From NCBI GenBank assembly GCA_947628365.1, contig CANQZN010000001.1:1-62632 (forward strand): DNA of 62,632 bases, read 5' to 3'. The notes beneath the pieces are model-generated. The model did not search any database and was not told the origin of the DNA. It saw nothing but the letters and a program-made list of their open reading frames with translations. Numbering within the stretch: position 1 is the first letter of the stretch; every line of letters begins with the position of its first letter. The DNA is from an uncultured Bacilli bacterium (lineage in GTDB: Bacteria; Bacillota_I; Bacilli_A; RF39; UBA660). Both the position numbers and the translations under genes were made by a program. Shown here one piece after another: positions 28,629 through 38,383 of this stretch.

Positions 28629-30200
28629 ATGAAATATAAAGTTCTTTATCGAAAATATCGTCCAGATTCATTTGAAACAATAATTGGCCAAGATTATATA
28701 GTAAAAACTTTAAAAAATTCAGTATTGAATAATAAGATTTCACATGCTTATATATTCTCTGGACCGCGGGGAACGGGTAAAACAACAACTGCAAAGGTCT
28801 TTGCTAAAGCAATTAACTGTTTAAACCCTCAAAATGGATCACCTTGTGGTGAGTGTGAATTTTGTAAAAACTTTGCTGAAAATCCAGATATAATTGAAAT
28901 AGATGCTGCATCTAACAATGGGGTAGATGAAATAAGAACTTTAATAGATAATATAAAGTTAACGCCATCAAATGGTAAATATAAAGTTTATATCATTGAT
29001 GAAGTTCATATGTTAACTGTTAGTGCTTTTAATGCTTTATTATTAACATTAGAAGAACCACCAGCTCATGCCGTATTTATACTGGCAACAACTAACATTG
29101 AAAATGTTCCTATAACAATACTATCTCGCTGTCAAAGATATGATTTTCAAAAAATAAAAAAAGAAAATATTTTAAATCGATTAAAAGAGGTTTGTGAAAA
29201 AGAAAGTATTGATGCTGAAGAAGATGCTTTAATGGAAATAGCATCACTTGCTGAAGGCGGAATGCGTGATGCTCTAAGTTTATTGGATCAATTAGCAAAA
29301 AATGAAGGTAAAATAACGCTTGAATTAGTTGAATCACAAATAAAAACAATATCCCAAAAATCTGTTAATGATTTAGTTAATACAATTGAAAATGATAAAT
29401 TTGAACAGTGTTTAAATTTTATTGATGAATTTAGAAATCGGGCAGTTGACTATAAAACATTAATAAAGAAAATGATTGATGTTTGTAGTAGTAAAGTAAA
29501 AAATATTCAAATTACCGGTCGAAAACAACGATTAAATGCGATTGATTATAAAAAGTTAGTTTTAGAATTAGCGGATAGTTTGTCAAAAATAAATATAAAT
29601 GTTGATTCTTATACTATTTTAGAAATGATTTTAGTTGAGTATTTCACAAATGGTAATGTTCAAGAAAAGATAGAAGGAACTATAAAAGCAGAGTCACCTA
29701 AAATAGAAGAACCAGCTAAAGAAAAAGTGCAAAAAGAGGAAGTAGTAAAAGAAGATAACAATAGTAATGAGGAATTAATAAAATTAAGAATTAATAATTG
29801 TTTCTCAAATGCGAAGAAAGAATATTTAGAGAATATTAAACAAATTATTAGTAACTATTTATTAAAAACATCAGCTGGTAAAGGAAAATCTTTATTAGAG
29901 GATAGTCAAGTAGTCGCAGCATCTGATAGAAATGTAATATTAACATGTAATAATCCTCATAATGTTGAAAATGCTAATAAAAATCTTAAAGAAATAGAAA
30001 AAATTCTATTAAATGAGTGTAAGAGTGAATATAAAGTTATATTTATTTCAAATGAAAGATGGCTAGAAGAAAAGAAAAAATATATTGAAAATTTAAAAAT
30101 AAAAAAGAATTATGAGTATATTGAGGAAAATACTGAAGATAATGATTCCAATGAGGTCATTAATTCAGTATTTGATATGAGTAAAGTTGAGATCATTTAA
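28629..30200 (+). CDS. dnaX: DNA polymerase III subunit tau (gamma/tau)
   Basis: GPRGTGKTT, the zinc module CGECEFC, IIDEVHML, SRCQRYDF. Confidence 0.95.
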   Translation: MKYKVLYRKYRPDSFETIIGQDYIVKTLKNSVLNNKISHAYIFSGPRGTGKTTTAKVFAKAINCLNPQNGSPCGECEFCKNFAENPDIIEIDAASNNGVDEIRTLIDNIKLTPSNGKYKVYIIDEVHMLTVSAFNALLLTLEEPPAHAVFILATTNIENVPITILSRCQRYDFQKIKKENILNRLKEVCEKESIDAEEDALMEIASLAEGGMRDALSLLDQLAKNEGKITLELVESQIKTISQKSVNDLVNTIENDKFEQCLNFIDEFRNRAVDYKTLIKKMIDVCSSKVKNIQITGRKQRLNAIDYKKLVLELADSLSKININVDSYTILEMILVEYFTNGNVQEKIEGTIKAESPKIEEPAKEKVQKEEVVKEDNNSNEELIKLRINNCFSNAKKEYLENIKQIISNYLLKTSAGKGKSLLEDSQVVAASDRNVILTCNNPHNVENANKNLKEIEKILLNECKSEYKVIFISNERWLEEKKKYIENLKIKKNYEYIEENTEDNDSNEVINSVFDMSKVEII

Positions 30201-30215
30201 GGGAGGTGATATGAA

Positions 30216-30515
30216 ATGAATATGCAAAATTTAATGGCTCAAGCACAAAGAATGCAAAGAGAGATAACACAAAAAAAAGAAGAACTAGAACAAATGAAAT
30301 TTACAGGTAAATCTGAATGGGTTGAGGTTACATATAATGGTGCAAAAGAATTACAAGATATTAAAATTATAAAAGAAGGCACAATTGATGAAGATGATAA
30401 GGATATTTTAACTGATATGATTATAATCGCTACAAAAGATGCTTATATCCAAATAAATAAAGCAATGACTGAAAAATTAGGCCCTTATGCAGGTGCTTTA
30501 GATGGGTTGATGTAA
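30216..30515 (+). CDS. ebfC: Nucleoid-associated protein YbaB/EbfC
   Basis: 99 aa, MQNLMAQAQRMQ N-terminus, located between dnaX and recR. Confidence 0.9.
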   Translation: MNMQNLMAQAQRMQREITQKKEELEQMKFTGKSEWVEVTYNGAKELQDIKIIKEGTIDEDDKDILTDMIIIATKDAYIQINKAMTEKLGPYAGALDGLM

Positions 30516-30516
30516 T

Positions 30517-31119
30517 ATGATATATCCTAAATTGTTACAACAATTGATTGATTTTTATAAAAAAATGCCAGGAGTTGGTGATAAATCAGCTGAAAGAATG
30601 GCTTTAGCGACAATTGAATTACAAGATGATGTTGTAAAAGATTGTGCACAAACACTTCTTGATTGCAAAAGTCAATTACATAAATGTAAAATATGTGGTC
30701 ATATCACTGATAAAGAGGTATGCGATATCTGTAATGATGATGCAAGAGATAAAAATTTAATATGTGTTATTGAAGATTATAAAGGTGTTTTTTCTTTTGA
30801 AAAGGTTGGTAATTTCAAAGGAGTGTATCATGTTCTAGGAGGCTTAATATCTCCAATGGACAGTATAGGGCCCAATGATATTAATATTGCTTCCTTAGTT
30901 GAAAGAGTAAAAAAACTAGAACATCCAGAACTAATATTAGCCTTAAAATCATCAATTGAAGGAGAAACAACAACCTTATATATTAAAAAAATATTTGAAA
31001 ATACCAATGTCGTAATTTCTAGATTATCTTATGGTATTCCAATGGGTGCAGAGATTGATTATCTGGATATTATAACATTAGATAAAGCATTAGAAGATCG
31101 TAAAAAAATATCTGAATAA
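30517..31119 (+). CDS. recR: Recombination protein RecR
   Basis: LPGVGDKSAERMA helix-hairpin-helix, the Cys4 zinc finger CKICGHITDKEVCDIC, and a Toprim domain. Confidence 0.95.
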   Translation: MIYPKLLQQLIDFYKKMPGVGDKSAERMALATIELQDDVVKDCAQTLLDCKSQLHKCKICGHITDKEVCDICNDDARDKNLICVIEDYKGVFSFEKVGNFKGVYHVLGGLISPMDSIGPNDINIASLVERVKKLEHPELILALKSSIEGETTTLYIKKIFENTNVVISRLSYGIPMGAEIDYLDIITLDKALEDRKKISE

Positions 31120-31156
31120 ATATAGTTTTAAAAAATATATTTTATTAGGTGATAAA

Positions 31157-31342
31157 ATGAAGATTAAATTAGGTACTATCCTAAGAAAAATTGTTTTTGC
31201 TTTTGGTATCATTTATGGTATAAATACAATGTTACAATCAGTAAACGTTTATTTACCTATAAATCTTATTACTATAAGTACAACAGCATTATTAGGAGTA
31301 CCTGGTTTATTGTCATTATTTGCAGTCTTCTATATTATATAG
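31157..31342 (+). CDS. bofA: BofA-family pro-sigma-K processing inhibitor
   Basis: LPINLITISTTALLGVPGLLSL parallels B. subtilis BofA VPINLVTTAISGILGIPGIAAL. Same position after recR. Confidence 0.7.
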   Translation: MKIKLGTILRKIVFAFGIIYGINTMLQSVNVYLPINLITISTTALLGVPGLLSLFAVFYII

Positions 31343-31351
31343 GAGGACATT

Positions 31352-32218
31352 ATTAATAATACGGAGTTACATAATTTAATTGATTATTATAAAGAAAAAA
31401 AATTAGCTCATGCTTATTTAATTTCCACTAATAATATAAATAAATGTATGGAAGTTCTTTTAAATGTTATAAAGAACATTTTTTGCGTTAATGAATTTCA
31501 AGATAAATGTAATAAGTGTTCTTTATGCCATTTAATAGATTTAAATAATTTGCCTAGCCTAAGAATTATTGAACCTGATGGCCAATTTATTAAAAAAGAC
31601 CAGATATTAGAGTTAAAGCATTTATTTTCCAAAGATTCTCTTTATACTAAAGAATCAATTTATATAATCAAAAATGCGGAAAGAATGAATAAAGATTCCG
31701 CTAATACAATGTTAAAGTTTTTAGAGGAACCTACGAGTGATGTAATTGGCTTTTTTATAACTAATGAAAAAGATAATGTTATGTTAACAATTCAAAGTCG
31801 CTGTCAAATAATTGAAGTTGATTTTGAAAATGACGATAATGAAACTTTAAACCTAACTAACGATGAATATAATTACTATTTAGATCTAACAAAAACTTAT
31901 TTAGAAAATATTGAAATAGAAAAAAAGAAATTAATTTTGTATAATAAAGAATATCTAAGTGATTTAGATAAAGATAAAATAACAATTATTTTGAAAATAA
32001 TGTTAAAAAAATATCAAGAATTATTAGAGGCAAAAGTCAAAAATAAAACATTAACTGGTGATTTTACATTTTTAAATAAACTCAGTTATAACAATGTTAA
32101 AGGCAAGTTAGATTTATTAATTGAGTGTTTAAAAGAAATTACTTATAATGTTAACTTAGAACTATTCTTAGATAAATTTGTATTAAAGGTAGATGAGATA
32201 AATAATGAAATTATATAG
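31352..32218 (+). CDS. holB: DNA polymerase III delta-prime subunit, probable ATT start
   Basis: KLAHAYLIS (compare B. subtilis LSHAYLFEG) lies upstream of the first ATG (31448). The frame is open from 31343 with no ATG/GTG/TTG. AGGAGG at 31341-31346 precedes in-frame ATT codons at 31349 and 31352. Later motifs include LKFLEEP and SRCQ. Confidence 0.8.
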   Translation: MNNTELHNLIDYYKEKKLAHAYLISTNNINKCMEVLLNVIKNIFCVNEFQDKCNKCSLCHLIDLNNLPSLRIIEPDGQFIKKDQILELKHLFSKDSLYTKESIYIIKNAERMNKDSANTMLKFLEEPTSDVIGFFITNEKDNVMLTIQSRCQIIEVDFENDDNETLNLTNDEYNYYLDLTKTYLENIEIEKKKLILYNKEYLSDLDKDKITIILKIMLKKYQELLEAKVKNKTLTGDFTFLNKLSYNNVKGKLDLLIECLKEITYNVNLELFLDKFVLKVDEINNEII

Positions 32219-32969
32219 TGTAGTGTTTAAAGAAAATGGTAAAAGTTATTATTTTAATGGCAATGATAATTTAGAGGTTAATACTAATGTCATTGTCGAA
32301 ACTGAAAAAGGCTTACAATTTGGTAAAATCAATAATATTATTTCAGATGCATCTGATAAAGATAAATATAAAGACATACATAGAGTGGCAACTAAAGAGG
32401 ATACTGATAATTACTATAAATTACTTAAAGATAATGTTAAGGCTTTAGAAAAATGTAAGGAATTTGTTAAAACCTTAAATTTAAATATGCGAGTTATCAG
32501 TGCCGAATTTACTTTTGATAAGTCCCAATTATTCTTTAATTTTACTTCTGATGAAAGAGTAGACTTTAGGGAACTTGCTAAGAAATTAGCGGGTGTATAT
32601 CATACTAGAATTGAACTTAGACAAATTGGGGCAAGAGATAAAGCTAAAGAAGTTGATGGTATTGGTGTATGTGGTGAACGCATTTGCTGTGCTAGATTTT
32701 TAAATCATATTGATGCTATTTCTATGAATATGGCTAAAAATCAAAATTTAGCCCTTAACCCTTCTAAAATTAATGGTTTATGTGGAAGACTATTGTGTTG
32801 CCTACAATATGAAGATGATAATTATATTGAGTGTAGTAAAGGTTTACCTCAAGTTGGAGATGAGGTTAAAACCGATAAAGGAACTGGTGAGGTAATCAGT
32901 GTTGATGTTTTAAATCGAAAATATAAAGTTTTAATCGGTAGTGATAAAGAAGAAATAGAGATTAAATAA
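32205..32969 (+). CDS. ricT: PSP1-domain protein YaaT/RicT (stage 0 sporulation)
   Basis: PSP1 C-terminal region with a Cys cluster (GVCGERICCARFL, GLCGRLLCCLQYE). Follows holB as in Bacillus. Confidence 0.85.
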   Translation: MKLYSVVFKENGKSYYFNGNDNLEVNTNVIVETEKGLQFGKINNIISDASDKDKYKDIHRVATKEDTDNYYKLLKDNVKALEKCKEFVKTLNLNMRVISAEFTFDKSQLFFNFTSDERVDFRELAKKLAGVYHTRIELRQIGARDKAKEVDGIGVCGERICCARFLNHIDAISMNMAKNQNLALNPSKINGLCGRLLCCLQYEDDNYIECSKGLPQVGDEVKTDKGTGEVISVDVLNRKYKVLIGSDKEEIEIK

Positions 32970-33688
32970 TGGAAAATATTGTACTTAATGATTTATTTGA
33001 TTATGAAAATTTGAAAATATATCAAAATAATAAAGGCTTTAAATTTTCAATAGATTCGATTTTACTTGCAGAATATGTAAAAATTACTAATAGATCTAAA
33101 AAGATATTAGACTTATGTACAGGTAATGCGGTAATTCCTTTAATTTTAACAACTAAAACTACCGCTTTAATTGATGCTTTTGAAATTCAAGAAAATATCT
33201 ATAACTTAGCCAAAATGAGTGTAGAATATAATAAGAAAGATAAACAAATTAGTTTATATAATGCTGATATAAAGGATATAAATGAGTTTGTCAAAAATAA
33301 GAAATATGATATAATTACTTGTAATCCGCCTTATTTTAAAGTAGATAATTTAGATTTTACTAATTTAAGTGAGTCTTTAGCAATTTCAAGACATGAACTA
33401 AAAATAAATTTGGAGGAAATATTTAATATAGCCAGTAAACATTTAGATACTAAAGGTGAATTTTATTTAGTCCATAGAGCATCTAGATTAGATGAAATCA
33501 TTATTACCGCAAGTAAATATCATTTAAATGTTAAAAATATTGAATTAATAAAAACGACTAAAGATAGTAAACCTTATATGGTATTGGTAAGATGTATCAA
33601 AGATGCTGGTTTTGGTGTTAAAATAAATGATATAAAAAATATTGAGGGTTTAAAAACATATCAAAATATGTTTAAGGAGGACTTATGA
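32969..33688 (+). CDS. SAM-dependent methyltransferase (TrmN6/YabB-like, NPPY type)
   Basis: ILDLCTGNA and the ITCNPPYF motif. Confidence 0.65.
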   Translation: MENIVLNDLFDYENLKIYQNNKGFKFSIDSILLAEYVKITNRSKKILDLCTGNAVIPLILTTKTTALIDAFEIQENIYNLAKMSVEYNKKDKQISLYNADIKDINEFVKNKKYDIITCNPPYFKVDNLDFTNLSESLAISRHELKINLEEIFNIASKHLDTKGEFYLVHRASRLDEIIITASKYHLNVKNIELIKTTKDSKPYMVLVRCIKDAGFGVKINDIKNIEGLKTYQNMFKEDL

Positions 33689-34212
33689 AATTAATTGTTG
33701 GCCTAGGAAATCCGGGTAGAGAATATAAAAATACTCGTCATAATGTTGGTTTTATGATTTTAGATAATTATTTAGGTAAGGTTGATTGGAAGAATAAAAT
33801 GGAAAGTCAATTATATATTTGTGAAAAAGATAATGAACAAATTATTTTCATAAAACCACAAACATATATGAATTTATCTGGAATTGCTGTATCAAAAGTA
33901 GTTAATTATTACAAAATAAAAGTAAACGATATATTAGTAATACAAGATGATTTAGATATGGAACCAGGTACATATAAAGTAAAATGTAATAGTTCTTCTG
34001 GTGGACATAATGGTATTAAATCTATTATATCTGCTCTTAATACTGAAGAGTTTGCAAGATTAAAAATTGGCATTGGTAAAAATAAAGCAATTCCCGTTGA
34101 TAGTTATGTAATAGGTAAATTTAGTAAAGAAGAACTTGCGTTAATTGAAAATAATTATGATAAATTTAATGAAATAATAGATACATTTATAAAAAATGGT
34201 GTAATTAATTAG
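33685..34212 (+). CDS. pth: Peptidyl-tRNA hydrolase
   Basis: LIVGLGNPGREYKNTRHNVGF. Confidence 0.95.
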   Translation: MKLIVGLGNPGREYKNTRHNVGFMILDNYLGKVDWKNKMESQLYICEKDNEQIIFIKPQTYMNLSGIAVSKVVNYYKIKVNDILVIQDDLDMEPGTYKVKCNSSSGGHNGIKSIISALNTEEFARLKIGIGKNKAIPVDSYVIGKFSKEELALIENNYDKFNEIIDTFIKNGVIN

Positions 34213-34229
34213 TAAAAAGGAATTAAATT

Positions 34230-37200
34230 ATGGACTTTAAAGATTATTTTAACTTTAAAAATGGTGATATAACATATGGGTTAACTGATGAGTTAATTGC
34301 TTTTTATATGGTTGAATTATATAAAAGTACTAAACAAAATGTTATATTCGTAACCAGTAATCTTTATGAAAGTAATAAATATTATAATTTAATTAATACC
34401 CATACTGAAAATTGTGAATTATTCCCTATGGACGATTTTATTACCTCAAAAGTAGTTGCAATGTCCCCAGAATTTCAACTAGGTCGTTTAAATGTTTTAG
34501 ATAATTTAAAAGTTAAAAAGGAAATAATTGTCACTAATTTAATGGGATATCTAAAATATTTACCCAAAAAAGGTGTAAATAATGAATTAAATTTAACCAT
34601 TAATAAAGAAATAAAAAGAGAAGAATTAATCGATTATTTAGAACAAAATGGTTATCACCGTGAATCTTTGGTAACTACATCTGGTGAATATTCTATTCGT
34701 GGTTTTATTATCGATATCTTTATTATTAATGAAAATCACCCAATTAGAATTGAATTTTTTGGCAATAACATAGAGTCATTACGATATTTTGACGAAAATA
34801 CTCAAAGAAAAATTGAGGATGTTAATACTATTACAATCAAACCTTTCCAAGAAGTTATTACAACAGATACTAGTTCTTTATATGATTATACCGATAATGG
34901 TATAGTAGTTTATCTTAATAAAGAACAAATAAATGTGGCTTATAAAAATCTATGTAATGAAATTGCTGATTATAATTCCGCTAATGAATTAAATGAAAAG
35001 TATATGTTTGAACTTGGTGAAATAAAACCTAATTATGAACTATATATAGATACAATTAATAACCCAACTAATAATGCCTCTAGTTTATTACCAGCCTTTA
35101 ATGAAAACTTTGAATACTTAAAAGATACTGTTTATAAATGGGAAAAAGAAAATAAACAAGTTTATTTCTATTTATCTAAAGATAGTGAAATTAAAACTAT
35201 TAAAAAGTTATTACCAAGTGCAAAAATAATAAAAGAAAAAATAAATAAAGGTTTTATATTTAATAATGTTGTATGTATTGGTGAAAGTGATATAGGTATT
35301 CATGTTGAAGTACAAAATAAATATAAAAATAATTTACATATTGGTAAAAAAATAAAGAACTATAATGACTTAGAAAAGGGTGATTATGTAGTTCATTTAA
35401 ATCATGGTATTGGTATATATAATGGTTTAGTTACCTTAACAAAAGACGGAGTACAAAAAGATTATATTCAGTTACTTTATGAAGGTAATGATAAAATTTA
35501 TATTCCTGTAGAAAAAATTAATTCAATTTATAAATATTCTAGTAAAGACGGCGCTGTTCCTAAATTAAATAAACTAAATTCTGCTAGTTGGGCTAAAACT
35601 AAAACTTATATTAAAGCAAAGGCTAAAGATATATCGAAAGAATTACTTGAGTTATATCAAAAAAGAGCAAGTATCATTGGTACTCCTTATAAAGATTATC
35701 CAGAACAAGAATTATTTGCTAAATCTTTTGCTTATACAGAAACAAGAGATCAAGCTAAATCTATCGCTGAAATTAATCAAGATTTAAATAGTAAAATACC
35801 AATGGATAGACTTTTATGTGGGGATGTTGGCTTTGGTAAAACCGAAGTTGCTATGCGGGCTATATTTAAAACTGTTATTAATAATATGCAAGTAATGTAT
35901 TTATGCCCAACTACTGTTCTTGCAAAGCAACAATATAATGTTATTAAAGAAAGATTTAAAGATGTCCCAGTAGAAATTCGTCTTCTTAATAGATTTACCA
36001 CCCCAAAAGAGACTAAATATATTATTGAAAATTTAGAAAAAGGAACAATTGATATTTTAGTAGGTACGCATCGGATCTTAAGTGAAGATATTAAACCACA
36101 AAAACTAGGTTTATTAGTGGTTGATGAAGAACAACGATTTGGGGTAAAACATAAAGAAAAAATTAAAGAGTATAAAAATGATGTCAATGTTTTAACTCTA
36201 TCAGCAACCCCTATTCCCCGTACTTTAAAAATGGCTTTATCTGGTTTAAGAGATTTATCTATAATTGATACACCACCAGTTAATAGATATCCCGTACAAA
36301 CTTATGTAGTTGAAGAACAAGACTTATTAATTAAAGATGCTATCTATAAAGAATTATCTCGTAAAGGTCAAGTATTTGTATTATATAATCGTATTGAAGA
36401 TTTAGATAGAATAGTGGATAAAATATCTTCTTTGGTTCCAGAAGCAAGAATAACTTATGCCCATGGAAAAATGACTAAAGAAGAACTTGAGTCTAAAATG
36501 GAAGATTTTGTTGAATATAAATATGATATTCTAATTTGTACCACTATTATTGAAAATGGAATTGATATTGCTAATGCTAATACATTAATTGTGTTTGATG
36601 CAGATAGATTTGGCTTATCTCAACTATATCAAATAAGAGGCCGTGTTGGTCGTAGTGATAAAGTTGCTTATGCTTATCTTTTATATGATAAAAAGAAAAT
36701 ACTTAATGAAACTGCGATTAAAAGATTACAAGCCATTAAAGAATTTACTGAACTTGGAAGTGGTTATAAAATTGCGATGCGAGATTTATCTATTCGTGGT
36801 GCTGGTGATATCTTTGGTAGTGATCAAGCCGGTTTTGTCGACTCTGTCGGTATATCACTTTATATGAAATTAATTGAAGACGAACTTAAAAAAGCTAAGG
36901 GCGAATATGTTGAAGAAGAGGATGAAGATAATAAAAATCTAATCGAAGTAGCAACTCATATTAAAGATGAGTATGTAAGTGATGAGAGTATTAAAATTGA
37001 AATTCACCAAAAGATTAATGAAATTGATAGTATGGAAAAATTACAAGCCGTTAAGGAAGAACTTGAAGATAGATTTGGTAAAATTGACGGTGATATGGAA
37101 GTATATATGTATGAAGAGTGGTTTACTAATCTTTGTAAGATGTTAAATATTACAAAAATAAATAAAACTGATAAATATATTGAAATAGTGTTACCAGAGG

Positions 37201-37376
37201 AATTATCAAGTAATATTAAAGGTGATAAATTACTATTTGAAACTATGAGTATTTCTAATAAATTTAATTTAAAATATGTTCATAATAATATAATTATTAC
37301 TCTATTCTATAAATCTTTAAATGAACATTATATTTATCCTCTTGTTAAATTATTAATTGCTATTAAAGATAATTAG
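34230..37376 (+). CDS. mfd: Transcription-repair coupling factor
   Basis: CarD-like region GDYVVHLNHGIG and SF2 helicase motifs GDVGFGKTEVA, VDEEQRFG, LSATPIPRT, QLYQIRGRVGRS. Confidence 0.95.
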   Translation: MDFKDYFNFKNGDITYGLTDELIAFYMVELYKSTKQNVIFVTSNLYESNKYYNLINTHTENCELFPMDDFITSKVVAMSPEFQLGRLNVLDNLKVKKEIIVTNLMGYLKYLPKKGVNNELNLTINKEIKREELIDYLEQNGYHRESLVTTSGEYSIRGFIIDIFIINENHPIRIEFFGNNIESLRYFDENTQRKIEDVNTITIKPFQEVITTDTSSLYDYTDNGIVVYLNKEQINVAYKNLCNEIADYNSANELNEKYMFELGEIKPNYELYIDTINNPTNNASSLLPAFNENFEYLKDTVYKWEKENKQVYFYLSKDSEIKTIKKLLPSAKIIKEKINKGFIFNNVVCIGESDIGIHVEVQNKYKNNLHIGKKIKNYNDLEKGDYVVHLNHGIGIYNGLVTLTKDGVQKDYIQLLYEGNDKIYIPVEKINSIYKYSSKDGAVPKLNKLNSASWAKTKTYIKAKAKDISKELLELYQKRASIIGTPYKDYPEQELFAKSFAYTETRDQAKSIAEINQDLNSKIPMDRLLCGDVGFGKTEVAMRAIFKTVINNMQVMYLCPTTVLAKQQYNVIKERFKDVPVEIRLLNRFTTPKETKYIIENLEKGTIDILVGTHRILSEDIKPQKLGLLVVDEEQRFGVKHKEKIKEYKNDVNVLTLSATPIPRTLKMALSGLRDLSIIDTPPVNRYPVQTYVVEEQDLLIKDAIYKELSRKGQVFVLYNRIEDLDRIVDKISSLVPEARITYAHGKMTKEELESKMEDFVEYKYDILICTTIIENGIDIANANTLIVFDADRFGLSQLYQIRGRVGRSDKVAYAYLLYDKKKILNETAIKRLQAIKEFTELGSGYKIAMRDLSIRGAGDIFGSDQAGFVDSVGISLYMKLIEDELKKAKGEYVEEEDEDNKNLIEVATHIKDEYVSDESIKIEIHQKINEIDSMEKLQAVKEELEDRFGKIDGDMEVYMYEEWFTNLCKMLNITKINKTDKYIEIVLPEELSSNIKGDKLLFETMSISNKFNLKYVHNNIIITLFYKSLNEHYIYPLVKLLIAIKDN

Positions 37377-37424
37377 TATAAAATTAGAAAAATATTTCAC
37401 ACTATAAAAAGGAGTGTGTAGTAT

Positions 37425-37934
37425 ATGACTAAAAGTGGAATTACTAGAAGAATTGATGAGTTAGGTAGAATCGTAGTTCCCAAAGAAATAAGATATAATT
37501 TAGGTATAAGAGATGGTGAGCCATTAGAAATATATACTAGTGATAATTCAATTATAATAAAAAAATATTCCCAAGTAGAGAATATAAAAGATTTAAGTCA
37601 AAATATCTGTAATATTATAAATGATGTCTGTAATTTAGAAATTTTAATAAGTGATAGAGAGAAAATAATTGCTAGTAGTAATAATTTAAAAGGTTTATTA
37701 GAGTCTAAATTAGATACAAAATATAAAGATTTAATTGATAATAGAGAGTCTTATATAAGTGATAGTGAAGATATAATATTTAATATTCATGCTTATCTTA
37801 CTATCATACCTATTATTACCTCTACTGATTGCAGTGGTCTTATAATAATATTTTCAAAACAAAAACAAGAAGAAAATATCAAATATGCTAAAATAGTTCA
37901 AAAGTTAATAGTGCAAAAATTAGATATTGCTTAA
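37425..37934 (+). CDS. spoVT: AbrB-family stage V sporulation regulator SpoVT
   Basis: GITRRIDELGRIVVPKEIRYNLGIRDGEPLEIY plus a ~110-aa C-terminal sensor domain. Follows mfd as in Bacillus. Confidence 0.85.
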   Translation: MTKSGITRRIDELGRIVVPKEIRYNLGIRDGEPLEIYTSDNSIIIKKYSQVENIKDLSQNICNIINDVCNLEILISDREKIIASSNNLKGLLESKLDTKYKDLIDNRESYISDSEDIIFNIHAYLTIIPIITSTDCSGLIIIFSKQKQEENIKYAKIVQKLIVQKLDIA

Positions 37935-37940
37935 ATTTAT

Positions 37941-37973
37941 TGTTGAGAACTTAATTGTTTTCAACATTTTTTT
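37941..37973 (+). terminator. spoVT intrinsic terminator
   Basis: TGTTGAGAAC / GTTTTCAACA stem (one G-U pair), 6-nt loop, then T7. Confidence 0.7.
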
Positions 37974-38256
37974 ATTTAGTAAAATCATGTTCTTTAAAAA
38001 ATTCTTCAAATGGTATATTTAAAACTTTACTTATACTTGCAACAACTGTTATAGAAAATGTTTGTTTTACTTTTTCACTTTCTATATTTGAAATTAATGT
38101 TCTAGACACATCACATAACTCAGCCAATTTTTCTTGGGTAATTCTTCCGTATCTATCCGTATATTTAGAGTTATTATGTATTCTATAATACTTTATATTT
38201 CTTGAAATTCTTAAAAATATTTGGTCCAATTCTTCATTTGTTATCATATTTTTCAC
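37972..38256 (-). CDS. XRE-family helix-turn-helix transcriptional regulator
   Basis: ITQEKLAELCDVSRTLISNIESEK is a classic HTH_3 pattern. Divergent from 38384-39661. Confidence 0.8.
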   Translation of the reverse strand: MKNMITNEELDQIFLRISRNIKYYRIHNNSKYTDRYGRITQEKLAELCDVSRTLISNIESEKVKQTFSITVVASISKVLNIPFEEFFKEHDFTK

Positions 38257-38383
38257 CTTTATATTTATAATTATTCTATATAAATAAAAGAACTTCTACA
38301 AACTATATATATAATAAATGACACTATATGTTTGCAAAATAATATAATCTGTGATATATTTAACTTGGATAGAGTGTGATAAA

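Noticed and set aside
29150-29170. An A-rich slippery run (ATA AAA AAA GAA) in dnaX as a tau/gamma programmed frameshift site.
   Set aside because: It lies at about residue 176, inside the AAA+ module. A -1 shift would stop after about 14 codons and give a non-functional fragment. A-runs are expected by chance at this base composition.
37955-38188. Plus-strand 77-aa ORF after spoVT.
   Set aside because: It is antisense to the XRE HTH gene, which has a clear family motif. It also starts inside the spoVT terminator.
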